Below, in pieces: positions 1 to 8,999 of a stretch of 33,346 bases of DNA (the stretch's first letter is position 1; each line of letters begins with the position of its first letter). The stretch comes from an uncultured archaeon. Lineage in GTDB: Archaea > Thermoplasmatota > Penumbrarchaeia > JASLWR01. The notes beneath the pieces were generated by a model. The model saw only the letters and a list, made by a program, of their open reading frames with translations, made no database searches and was not told the origin of the DNA. The stretch is taken from NCBI GenBank assembly GCA_964342815.1, contig CAYFHS010000030.1:1-33346 (forward strand), read 5' to 3'. Made by a program: the position numbers and the translations under genes.

Positions 1-210
1 TGCATCGACATATTCCGCGGGCCGTAGGTTTGCATCGACATATTCCGCGGGCCGTAGGTTTGCATCGACATATTCCGCGGGCCGTCAGGTTTGCATCGAC
101 ATATTCCGCGGGCCGTCAGGTTTGCATCCACGTATTCCGCGGGCCGTCAGGTTTGCATCGACGTACTCTCACAGGCTTTAAGGTTTGCATCCACGTATTC
201 CGCGGGCGTC
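1..210. repeat. Tandem array of 7 units of 30-32 bp (core TGCATCSACRTATTCCGCGGG), derived from the 3' end of the adjacent oxidoreductase gene
   Basis: Units start at 1, 31, 61, 92, 123, 154 and 186. Units 1-2 are identical (30 bp), units 3-4 are identical (31 bp), and the unit at 186 is the in-frame gene sequence. There are no unique spacers. Confidence 0.95.
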
Positions 211-1478
211 AAACTCCTGCAGCTCTCAATGAAAGCTTCCTTGGGATAGCAGTGGCTCAGCTCGATAAGTCTGCTCAGCGCCATTACGGGCAGCCCCTGC
301 TCTTTCAGACCTCGCTCAATATGGGTCGGTATGAATTTCAAATTGCGGTTCCATTCAGACAGCTCGCCGCGCAGGTCCTCAACAGCGATTACCATTGAAT
401 CCGATCCCATCTTTCGTAGATCCTCGCTTGTCTCCTTTAGTCCTTCTGAAGAGAGCAGCAGGAGATAATCCGGCACATCCATACCAGTATAGTCGATACG
501 GGTCGGGCTTATAATGGTTTCCGCAATCGAATGACCTGACTGTCGTGTAATTGGATAGGTATTTCTCTGTGTAGCATACAGCCCCGATAGAAGAGCGCCT
601 CCACCGAACATGCTAACTGCACTCTGAATCGCCTGACCCGCACTCCCGGCAACTTTTATCTTCATCATGGTTGTCAATCCCGATGTAAATCGCTGTGGGA
701 GGACAATGCGTTGGGAGGGACAACCCTCTAAGGGTTCAATGATCTTCTTTCGATATTCTTTCGAGAATTCGGGTCTTGAATTGACCTCCTTTACAGGTGC
801 TAGGTCGACTTCCTGCATGAGAGATAGAAGCCCATCTTCGGCCAGATCGTTCCGTTTACAATATGCACCAGGGCATGTCTCCCACACGTCGAGCAGCGAA
901 AAACCTTCGTGCAAGATGGCTTCATGGACCATGTCCGCCAGTTTATCGGAGTTGCCCTTTCCCACGGCAATCCGGCCAAGCCAGCTTCCGCGGCCAGCTC
1001 TTCCGAGACCGAGAACGTCCAGGGGAGCCTCGATGTTTCCCTGAGGGGTTGTTTCCGTTCTACCGCCCTCCGGAGTGGTTACCGACTGCTGGCATCCCGT
1101 CATCCCGTAATTGAAATTATTGGCTACAATAAGAGTTATACCAATGTTCCTGCGTGCCGCATTCACGATATGCGTGCCGCCAATACCGCAGCCGCCGTCG
1201 CCCATTAAAACGATGACATGCATCTCGGGTCGTGCCATTTTTATTCCGCTGGCATAGGTCACACTTCGTCCGTGCAGGCCGTGGAACGCATTGGTGAGAA
1301 AAAATCGATCCGCCAGTCCGATGCAGCCGATATCAGTCACGACAACTATCCTGTCACCAGGTACACCCAGGCGCTTTAATGCTGAGTTCAAAGCCGTCAA
1401 TACTTTCCAGTGGCCGCATCCTTTGCACCATTTCAGGTTCCCGACCTGTTTTATGTATTTCCTAATCTCCCCCTCCAC
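147..1478 (-). CDS. 2-oxoacid:ferredoxin oxidoreductase beta subunit (TPP-binding) fused to a gamma-type domain
   Basis: WCKGCG, DIGC, HGLHGRS, GDGG...GGTH TPP motif and NNFNYGMTG.Q.S.TTP, followed by a gamma-like IKVAGSAGQAIQS...Y domain. GTG start 2 bp after the alpha stop. The stop codon lies inside the terminal repeat. Confidence 0.9.
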   Translation of the reverse strand: MEGEIRKYIKQVGNLKWCKGCGHWKVLTALNSALKRLGVPGDRIVVVTDIGCIGLADRFFLTNAFHGLHGRSVTYASGIKMARPEMHVIVLMGDGGCGIGGTHIVNAARRNIGITLIVANNFNYGMTGCQQSVTTPEGGRTETTPQGNIEAPLDVLGLGRAGRGSWLGRIAVGKGNSDKLADMVHEAILHEGFSLLDVWETCPGAYCKRNDLAEDGLLSLMQEVDLAPVKEVNSRPEFSKEYRKKIIEPLEGCPSQRIVLPQRFTSGLTTMMKIKVAGSAGQAIQSAVSMFGGGALLSGLYATQRNTYPITRQSGHSIAETIISPTRIDYTGMDVPDYLLLLSSEGLKETSEDLRKMGSDSMVIAVEDLRGELSEWNRNLKFIPTHIERGLKEQGLPVMALSRLIELSHCYPKEAFIESCRSLTPAEYVDANLKACESTSMQT

Positions 1479-1480
1479 CG

Positions 1481-2608
1481 TCAGAACCCCCTCTCAATTA
1501 TTTCCCGTGGTGATAGTAACGTCGTATCCATCTTGGCTACCGAAACAACTTCAATTCCGGGATCGAATCTCCTTGTTAAGCGTTCAATTTCTCGAAGATA
1601 CTGGCCGAGATTCATTTCAGGTACGATCACCTTTCTGCAGCTTTTCAATGACGAACATATGGCATTTTCTGGTACGGGCCAGATCGAATTTATGACCAGG
1701 TGGGATATTTTCTTCCCTTTCTTGCGGAGTACGGTCACTGCCTCTCTGGCACTCCGAGCCACGATACCGTAGCTAATTAATAGCGTGTCAGCACCCTCCT
1801 CGAGGTCTTGCTCAACCAGTTCCAGCTCCCCTTTCCTGTTTTCGATCTTGCGGGCGAAATGCTCCATCATCACTCCGATCTCTCCAGGTCTCTTCGTTAT
1901 GAAACCGTCCTTATAGTGCATGGAGGTCGTGTACCGGACCATGCGTTTCCCACCGATATCGGACATTAATGGTATATCTCCGGGATTTTTGAAAAGATGA
2001 GGTACGAATTCTCCAGGCTCATCATTCACCCGCCTTCGATTCGCTATCTTCGGTATATTCAAAGCACCCAAATCGGTTCGTTCCCTAAGCTGCCCCAGCT
2101 CTTTGTTCGACATCAGAAAAACAGGTATCCTTAAACTCTCGGCAATATTGAAAGCGTGGATAGTCAACAAATAACATTCTTCAACAGTGGTGGGGGAAAG
2201 GGCCACTACGGGAAATCCACCGGATATGCCCCATCTGACGAACTGAATATCGCTCTCAGCGCCCTTGGTAGCAGATCCCGTAGCTGGTCCCTGCCGCTGC
2301 ACGTCAACGATCACAAGCGGTGTCTCTCCCATGATGGCCAGACCGATATTCTCGCTGTAAAGGCTTAAACCTGGCCCGCTGGTGGCGGTCATTGACTTCA
2401 ATCCGGCCATGCTGGCACCGATGCAGAAACCAATGGAAGCTATCTCGTCCTCACCCTGGAGCGCTAAGCCTCCGATCCTGGGGAGTTCACGTATCATTCC
2501 ATGAAGTATCGAGGAGGCCGGGGTTATGGGGTAACCGGCAAAGAATCGGCATCCGGCGTCTATGGCCCCCCTGACAACCGCTTCGTTACCTTCGAGATAT
2601 TCTATCAT
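1481..2608 (-). CDS. 2-oxoacid:ferredoxin oxidoreductase alpha subunit (KorA/VorA-like)
   Basis: GNEA..GA..AGCRFFAGYPITPAS, QGEDEIAS, TATSGPGLSL, VQRQGPATG, VPEMNLGQ. Start reassigned to ATG 2608 (MIEYLEGNE) because the longer ORF overlaps phoU. Confidence 0.92.
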   Translation of the reverse strand: MIEYLEGNEAVVRGAIDAGCRFFAGYPITPASSILHGMIRELPRIGGLALQGEDEIASIGFCIGASMAGLKSMTATSGPGLSLYSENIGLAIMGETPLVIVDVQRQGPATGSATKGAESDIQFVRWGISGGFPVVALSPTTVEECYLLTIHAFNIAESLRIPVFLMSNKELGQLRERTDLGALNIPKIANRRRVNDEPGEFVPHLFKNPGDIPLMSDIGGKRMVRYTTSMHYKDGFITKRPGEIGVMMEHFARKIENRKGELELVEQDLEEGADTLLISYGIVARSAREAVTVLRKKGKKISHLVINSIWPVPENAICSSLKSCRKVIVPEMNLGQYLREIERLTRRFDPGIEVVSVAKMDTTLLSPREIIERGF

Positions 2609-2615
2609 ATCCGCA

Positions 2616-3620
2616 TCACGCTTCGTCTTCCCGCGATATGAGATAGTTGATGGCGGTCTCGCAAACGTTGACACCGTAGAACCCGGTACGAAGAATACTT
2701 TCAATTATATATGCGAGTGAGACCGCCAGGTCACTATTCATGGTTTTCACATTCTCAAAAAGATCATCGCAATTGGATTTAAGCTCATCCATGATTTCGA
2801 TGCCCTTGTTCGCCTCGTTCACATCCTTTCTCTCAAGCCCCTTCATTCCGGAATCGATGATCCCTATGGAAGCTGCGCTGAGTCGGGATAGCTCACTAAC
2901 CAGGTTGGGATCCACCAGCTCCTCGATCCGGGTAATGTTGACAGCCATTTTGCATGCGTGGTCCGCGATACGTTCGATGAGCCTTGCAAGTAATAGATAA
3001 TAATGGCTTTCTACTAGAAAGCCCACGGATGTGCCAGGGCGTGGATTGCGTAGCATCGTACTGAATTGTTTGGATATCAGGTAATAGAGCCGGTCAACCT
3101 CGGCATCCCTGGATTTCACATCAAGGGCTAGATCGGCGTCCTTCTCTTCGAGGGCAGTAAGGGCGTCCTGGTGCATGCCTTTGGTAATCAGATACATCCT
3201 TTTAGTGCCCTTGGCCATAGATAGTTCGGAGGGGTCTATGAAATCCTGGATAACCACATTCTTCATGCTCTCCTCGATGATCTCCGGCCCTATCACGATC
3301 CTCGAGAACTCCCGGACCGTCTTCCGGAGCTTTGGGTCGAAACGTTCTTTGGAGTTCAGATTGATCAGCGAGTATCCGGAGATATATGCACCGATCAGTT
3401 TCCTGAGAAGATGGTCCGGTTTATCTCCGTCCACTGTAAAGGTCTTTTCATGAACCTCCTTTTTCTCTGTCCGATCCGGCTCCACCACCAAAGTTCCATC
3501 CCTCTGAGGGATTATCTTCAACGGATCTCCGCTATTAATTCCTCTCTCATGGACCCATTTTTTCGGGAGGGATACAATATACGTATTTCCTCCCGTTATC
3601 TGAACCTTTCTGGTTTCCAT
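2616..3620 (-). CDS. phoU: Archaeal phosphate uptake regulator (AbrB/SpoVT N-terminal domain + two PhoU domains)
   Basis: N-terminal RKVQITGGNTYIVSLPKKW (AbrB-type); PhoU repeats D.EVDRLY and ERIADHA; GAGGGA RBS. Confidence 0.9.
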   Translation of the reverse strand: METRKVQITGGNTYIVSLPKKWVHERGINSGDPLKIIPQRDGTLVVEPDRTEKKEVHEKTFTVDGDKPDHLLRKLIGAYISGYSLINLNSKERFDPKLRKTVREFSRIVIGPEIIEESMKNVVIQDFIDPSELSMAKGTKRMYLITKGMHQDALTALEEKDADLALDVKSRDAEVDRLYYLISKQFSTMLRNPRPGTSVGFLVESHYYLLLARLIERIADHACKMAVNITRIEELVDPNLVSELSRLSAASIGIIDSGMKGLERKDVNEANKGIEIMDELKSNCDDLFENVKTMNSDLAVSLAYIIESILRTGFYGVNVCETAINYLISREDEA

Positions 3621-3701
3621 ATAAATCCCTCATTCAAGAAATAACTCAAATTTATTTATTAATCAAATTCCCTAATAATTTCATCACCTTCAAGAAAATG
3701 T

Positions 3702-3723
3702 ATATATTATATATATAATATAT
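3702..3723. promoter_or_regulatory. Perfect 22-bp AT-only palindrome in the phoU/YkgJ divergent promoter region
   Basis: ATATATTATATATATAATATAT is its own reverse complement, with flanks AAATGT...ACATTT; it lies about 80-100 bp upstream of the phoU ATG. Confidence 0.5.
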
Positions 3724-4016
3724 GGTACATTTATAGAGTACTGAATTAAAATATATAGCCTTCCGGGTATTGACAATCCTAGGATCGTACCGCAACCTCT
3801 TATCCTAGCCCATTCCTAGGTCCGTATTCCTAAGGCCCGGAAAATTGAGTGTATTCATATGATCTTTCATCCAGAATGCGCTTGATTTATTATCTTTAAA
3901 CAAAAGCTTGTCAAAATTTCAATTGGATAATTGCAGTAATGATGAATTGGATAGAAAATGGTTATATATTTGGACGAATCAAAGGATATCAATTATTATG
4001 AGGGGATCTCATCTTC

Positions 4017-4628
4017 ATGTTATCGAGCAGCAAAGAATTGACAGGAGAAAAAAAAACCAGAAGAAAAGTTCGTAAAAGGAAGCGAATCCTAAAAAAGAGG
4101 GATTTCCCATCCCAAAAAGTCGTTTTCATAGATGGCAAGAGCTTCCATGCAAGCGCTAATAACGAAGACAGTGAGAAAATCCCTAACGATTTCGTACCTG
4201 TTACACCGGGAATGAGATGGAAATGCTTGATGTGTGGCAGGTGTTGTAATGGGAATTGGCAGATAAATCTCACTTGGAAAGAGTATGACCGCTTGAAAGA
4301 TGATTTACCCATTGAAACTGTTGTTCTGGATGAGTTTACAGGTGCTTCCCACCCATACTTCAGGATAACAGGAAGTTGCCCAGCGTTCAATATGGAAAAC
4401 CATAAATGCATCATTTATAACAAGAAAGTTTATACCTGTAATGCTTTTCCGTTCCTGATAGACCTTAAAAATGAATTACACATCACCAAATCTTGTGAGG
4501 GTTTCGGTCATGGCCCTTACATCGATATAGATGAGAAGATAACCGAACTTATTAAGTTGAAACTTAGAGCTGGAATGAAGGGATCTTTCCATAACAATTC
4601 CACCCAAAAAAATAAAACTCCAATGTAA
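4017..4628 (+). CDS. YkgJ-family (CxxCxxCC) Zn/Fe-S cluster protein with basic N-terminal extension
   Basis: CLMCGRCC, CPAF, CIIY..K...CNAFPF, CEGFG; GAGGGG RBS upstream. Confidence 0.8.
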   Translation: MLSSSKELTGEKKTRRKVRKRKRILKKRDFPSQKVVFIDGKSFHASANNEDSEKIPNDFVPVTPGMRWKCLMCGRCCNGNWQINLTWKEYDRLKDDLPIETVVLDEFTGASHPYFRITGSCPAFNMENHKCIIYNKKVYTCNAFPFLIDLKNELHITKSCEGFGHGPYIDIDEKITELIKLKLRAGMKGSFHNNSTQKNKTPM

Positions 4629-4764
4629 ACATTTGTAATTATTTTATTTAGCTAATAATTTAATTATATCGGCAGTAATCTTCGAATCAGGAAGCGAAAG
4701 AATCTGTAATGCACAGTTCCATAGAACAGAAAGTTTCTTCCTCAAGGGTTAACAAAAGTCGCGT

Positions 4765-5415
4765 TCACTCATTTTTCGGGACCTTTTCCCAATCAGCAAG
4801 AAACCTCTCGATCCCAATGTTCGTAAGCGGATGGCAAAGTAGCTTATCGATAATAGCCGGCGGAACTGTGGCGATGTGAGCGCCCAGCAGAGCGGCCTCA
4901 AGAACGTGTACCGGATGCCGTACCGATGCAACTATCACCTCTGTATCAAAATCGTAGTTATCGTATATCTCGAGTATCTCTTCAACCAGATCCATCCCCG
5001 TCTTGCTGTAATCGTCCAACCGCCCGATGAATGGAGACACATAAGTTGCGCCCGCTTTTGCCGCCAGCAGCGCCTGGGTGGCAGTGAAAATCAAGGTAAC
5101 ATTTGTCTTTATAGCCAGTTCCTTGCACATTTTCGTAGCCTTTAGTCCCTCTCCGGTCATTGGGATCTTAATAACTATATTCAGATGTATCTTCGACAGC
5201 TCCTTTGCTTCCTCCACCATCCCTTCGGCATCCTCTGAGACCACTTCCGCGCTGATGGGGCCGTCTACTATACTGCATATCTCTTCCACGACCTCGATAA
5301 AATCCCGTCCTTCCTTTGCAATGAGGGAGGGATTGGTTGTAACTCCGTCCACAATTCCCAGATCGTTCGCTTTTTTGATAGCTTCTATGTTTGCAGTGTC
5401 GATGAAGATTTTCAT
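4765..5415 (-). CDS. tal: Transaldolase (TalC/MipB-type, FSA superfamily)
   Basis: [25 protein letters not shown] (Schiff-base Lys), [15 protein letters not shown]. The Glu and Phe in these motifs indicate transaldolase rather than FSA. Start reassigned to ATG 5415. Confidence 0.95.
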   Translation of the reverse strand: MKIFIDTANIEAIKKANDLGIVDGVTTNPSLIAKEGRDFIEVVEEICSIVDGPISAEVVSEDAEGMVEEAKELSKIHLNIVIKIPMTGEGLKATKMCKELAIKTNVTLIFTATQALLAAKAGATYVSPFIGRLDDYSKTGMDLVEEILEIYDNYDFDTEVIVASVRHPVHVLEAALLGAHIATVPPAIIDKLLCHPLTNIGIERFLADWEKVPKNE

Positions 5416-5455
5416 GATGAACCGCCTCGCATTTATTCTACTATAAAATAAAATT

Positions 5456-6400
5456 TCATTTTCTCGCATGTACCCTTCTGGCACATTCAATGATGTTCTC
5501 CGTGGTAAGGCCGTATTTACTGAGAAGTTCCCTGCACCCACCACTTTGACCGAATACATCAGGGATACCGATCCTGCACATGGGAACGGGGGCCTTAACT
5601 GCCAGCACCTCCGCCACCGCCGAACTTAATCCGCCGATCTCGTTGTGCTCCTCAACCGTTACCACGGCACCGGTCTCCCTGGCTGCAATAACTATGGCGG
5701 CTTCGTCCAGAGGTTTTATGGTACTCATGTTGATCACTCTTACCTGAATTCCCTCATTCTCAAGAAATTCAGCGGCATCAAGAGCTCTTGACACCATCTG
5801 GCCCATGGCAATTATCGTCAGATCGTCACCATCCCGGACCGTCTGGGCCCTACCTATCTTGAATTTCATATTTTCATCGAAAATTACCGGGACAGGCGCC
5901 CTGCCCATCCGCAAGTAAACCGGACCTTTAAAATGCGCGATGGCTTCAACCGCTTTTGCGGTTTCCCAGTAATCCGCAGGAACTATAACAGTCATATTGG
6001 GCAGCAGTCTCATCAAACCCACGTCCTCGTTCATCTGGTGGGAAGCACCGTCACCGCCTACGGTAATGCCGGCGTGGGTGGCCACAATCTTTACGTTGAA
6101 TCCAGGGTATACTATGGACTGGCGTATCTGGTCATAAACCCTGCCGGTGGCAAACATTGCAAAAGTCGAGACAAAAGCTATTTTTCCTGATGCTGCAAGA
6201 CCCGCTGCAGCACCCATCATGTTCTGTTCCGCCACCCCGAAGTTGAAAAAACGATGAGGATATTTCTTTGCGAACCATCCGGTTCTCGTTGAACTGGACA
6301 GGTCCGCGTCGAGAACCACTATCTCCTCCATTTCGCCACCCAGGCGAAGCAATGTTTCACCATAAGCTTCTCTGCAGTGCCTGGACTCCCATTCAGTCAC
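5456..6400 (-). CDS. tkt: Transketolase, C-terminal (pyrimidine-binding) subunit
   Basis: [25 protein letters not shown]...G.DGASHQ, EEHN..GGL. GTG start at 6400 with GGAGGTGA RBS, overlapping the upstream stop. Confidence 0.95.
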   Translation of the reverse strand: MTEWESRHCREAYGETLLRLGGEMEEIVVLDADLSSSTRTGWFAKKYPHRFFNFGVAEQNMMGAAAGLAASGKIAFVSTFAMFATGRVYDQIRQSIVYPGFNVKIVATHAGITVGGDGASHQMNEDVGLMRLLPNMTVIVPADYWETAKAVEAIAHFKGPVYLRMGRAPVPVIFDENMKFKIGRAQTVRDGDDLTIIAMGQMVSRALDAAEFLENEGIQVRVINMSTIKPLDEAAIVIAARETGAVVTVEEHNEIGGLSSAVAEVLAVKAPVPMCRIGIPDVFGQSGGCRELLSKYGLTTENIIECARRVHARK

Positions 6401-7238
6401 AGGGTTCACCTCCCATACATTCCTTGATACCCCGTTCCAACTCATCGTTATTGGGAGGATTTCCGTGAAAACTTAATGAATGTTCCATGAAGGATACCCC
6501 TTTCCCCTTTACCGTATCGGCTATGATCATCGTCGGCTTTCCCTCATTGATGTCGCCTTTCTCGATTGCATCGATAATTTGTGGGAAATCATGCCCATCT
6601 ATGGTCAGCACATACCAGCCGAATGCTTCGAATTTGTCTACCAAGGGTTCGAGATCCATGATTTCGCTGGTTCTCCCGTCGATCTGGAGACCGTTCCGAT
6701 CAACGAAAGCGGTGATATTGTCCAGCTTGTAATGGCTGGCGGCCATTGCCGCTTCCCAGACCTGCCCGGAATCACATTCACCATCGCCAAGCAGAACGAA
6801 AATTCGGTGTTCTTTCTCGTCTAGCTTGGCAGCTAATGCCATACCTAAACCCACAGAGAGTCCCTGACCCAGAGACCCGGTGGACATCTCCACACCAGGT
6901 GTTTTTCTCATGCAAGGATGACCCTGTAATCGGGAATCAAGCTTTCTTAAGGTCAAAAGTTCCTCTATTGGAAAATATCCGGAAAGCGCAAGACATGAAT
7001 ATAGGGCGGGTGCCGCATGTCCCTTGCTGAGAACAAAACGATCCCGATCAATCCATTTCGGGTTGTCAGGCGACTGCCTCAGCCTGTGAAAAAAGAGCGT
7101 AACCAGAATATCTGCGGCCGACATGGAGCCTCCTGGGTGTCCCGAACCTGCTGCATTCGTTGATCTCATCACCCATACTCTTACCTGACTCGCCAGGTCC
7201 TCGAGTTTCTCTATCAGTTCACTTAGGTCCGTATTCAA
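6393..7238 (-). CDS. tkt: Transketolase, N-terminal (TPP-binding) subunit
   Basis: SGHPGGSMS, DRFVLSKGHAAP, LQGHP, STGSLGQG, GDGE...GQVWEA, N..QIDG, TVKGKG. TTG start. Confidence 0.95.
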   Translation of the reverse strand: MNTDLSELIEKLEDLASQVRVWVMRSTNAAGSGHPGGSMSAADILVTLFFHRLRQSPDNPKWIDRDRFVLSKGHAAPALYSCLALSGYFPIEELLTLRKLDSRLQGHPCMRKTPGVEMSTGSLGQGLSVGLGMALAAKLDEKEHRIFVLLGDGECDSGQVWEAAMAASHYKLDNITAFVDRNGLQIDGRTSEIMDLEPLVDKFEAFGWYVLTIDGHDFPQIIDAIEKGDINEGKPTMIIADTVKGKGVSFMEHSLSFHGNPPNNDELERGIKECMGGEPCD

Positions 7239-7530
7239 TTCGCCATCCCTCTAAAATCATATATATTTACTGAGAGAAATTTCGAGAACATCCGGAAACC
7301 ACTCTCCATCAACACCAAAAAAACTACAGAACCCGAGTTTCATACTGGACACCGTGGTCTCAAAGCCATATTTTCCCGTTCTCATGTAATAGCTCAAAGA
7401 GAGTCTAATAGTTGAATCGACGGATTCACTTTATGGTAAATAAATATTTAGACCGGATTTCATTATTCTATTAATTCAGAGGATTTGATCCCTTCAGAGT
7501 TCTGATTCCAAAACCTTATTTTGGAGTTCC

Positions 7531-8793
7531 TCAATGGTCTGTAACACGGGGAACCAATGCACTGCCTTTTGGCATTACCAAGACGCTTGCATCCCTTCCT
7601 TTAATCGACAGGGCCAATTCAAGTGCCTTCTCAATCGTTGAAACCGGTTCCATATGAAGTTTTCTTACAACTGAATTCTCGAGTGTAGTGACCAGAATTA
7701 CGCGGTATCTCTGAATCGCCTCTATGAATTTGGCAGTTTTCTGATACCCCAGCACGTATTTCCGCTCGATCTTTTCCAGTATCTCCAAGAGGTCTTCCGA
7801 AGATGAGAGAAGATCTGAAAAAGTTGTGTTGCCTATACCCTTTCTCGTGGCGCTGCAGAATATAAGTATTCCACCTTTTTTTAATGCCAATTTTGCATTT
7901 TCCATTGCCTTTTGTGATTGGTACAAGCTTATATCCATGGGGTATTCAGCCACCGTGATCACTATGTCGGCCTTCTCCTGAATCTCCTTTACGAAATATT
8001 TCCTGCATAATGGGATCCCTGCTTTTAGAGACGAGACGAGGCTGCCACCGAATGCCCCTGCAATATTTCCGCCGCAGTCTAGAACCAGCTGAATGGAATA
8101 AATATTCTTCTGTCCCAAAAACCCACATGCCTCCACCATATCCAGATGAACCGGATTCCCATCAATTTTAAGTATTGAAGCCTCTTTCATTAGCGAAAAG
8201 GAATGATTGGCCTCGATGGTTCGGTATGCGGAGTGACCAGGTAGAAAAGCTTTCCGTCCTCCGGTGTAACCGGCGAAATAATGAGGTTCTACTGAACCAA
8301 TGACCAAAATATTGGGAGCATTGCATAGTAATTTATCGAAAAGAACAGGAGTTCCCCTTGCTGTATCCCCCAGATTGATGTGGGCATTCATATCCATGGC
8401 ATCATGGATATGCAGGGACGGGCGTAATTCGGAATAACTTGCTCCCAAAAGAGATACGATTTCTTCCTCCGATGGGGCCTTGTGGCTCCCGGTAGCTATG
8501 GAGACCTCTACTTTTTTTATGGTACTCAGGAACGGCAGCAGTGCCTCGAGTACAACATATGAAGGGGTAGGACGGTTTGCATCGTTTATGACCACGAGAA
8601 CTTCATTCTGTTCCCCGGCATCCTCGAAAAAGGTTTCGAAACTTTTTTCCGGATCGGTTTCGATCATATTTTCGAATATATTCTCCGGACCAAGAGGATT
8701 CGGAGCACAATCGGGCTCAACAACACCCATAAGATTTTCTTCCGGTATATTAACGACCATTGTCGTTAGTCCGAACTCTATATCCAAGCTCAT
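7531..8793 (-). CDS. larA: LarA-family nickel-pincer-dependent racemase/epimerase (substrate unknown)
   Basis: NDANRPTP, ATGSH, EPHYFAGYTGGRK, NH, YQSQKA match the LarA catalytic and NPN-binding motifs. Start placed at ATG 8793 behind GGTGAT. Confidence 0.88.
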   Translation of the reverse strand: MSLDIEFGLTTMVVNIPEENLMGVVEPDCAPNPLGPENIFENMIETDPEKSFETFFEDAGEQNEVLVVINDANRPTPSYVVLEALLPFLSTIKKVEVSIATGSHKAPSEEEIVSLLGASYSELRPSLHIHDAMDMNAHINLGDTARGTPVLFDKLLCNAPNILVIGSVEPHYFAGYTGGRKAFLPGHSAYRTIEANHSFSLMKEASILKIDGNPVHLDMVEACGFLGQKNIYSIQLVLDCGGNIAGAFGGSLVSSLKAGIPLCRKYFVKEIQEKADIVITVAEYPMDISLYQSQKAMENAKLALKKGGILIFCSATRKGIGNTTFSDLLSSSEDLLEILEKIERKYVLGYQKTAKFIEAIQRYRVILVTTLENSVVRKLHMEPVSTIEKALELALSIKGRDASVLVMPKGSALVPRVTDH

Positions 8794-8999
8794 TGGGATC
8801 ACCGCGTGCGTTATCGACATTCTCGAATATAAATACCGCTGTCCTCAGGAGCGGTCCAGACCTAATAAAGAAAATATCACACGAATAAATTAATGCATAA
8901 TACCAATATTATCCATCATATGTCGGAAAAATAGAAGTTGTTTTTATAAAGGATGGCTCGTATTAGAACAATACTTTTTTTTTTATAAATGGTGGAAAA

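Noticed and set aside
1-210. CRISPR array or DGR template repeat
   Set aside because: No unique spacers, no cas or reverse transcriptase gene, and the variation is not adenine-specific.
30-398. 122-aa plus-strand ORF (MHRHIPRAV...)
   Set aside because: It is a translation of the tandem repeat plus antisense of the oxidoreductase gene.
5098-5107. Exact inverted copy of the array motif (AACATTTGTC) inside the transaldolase gene
   Set aside because: An isolated 10-mer within coding sequence is plausible by chance in 33 kb.
7235-7369. Small frame MALRPRCPV*NSGSV... with TGA at a CxxC position, ending in a TTGA overlap with the transketolase start (selenocysteine or zinc-ribbon remnant?)
   Set aside because: No second CxxC pair, weak RBS and no recognisable SECIS; chance is the simpler explanation.
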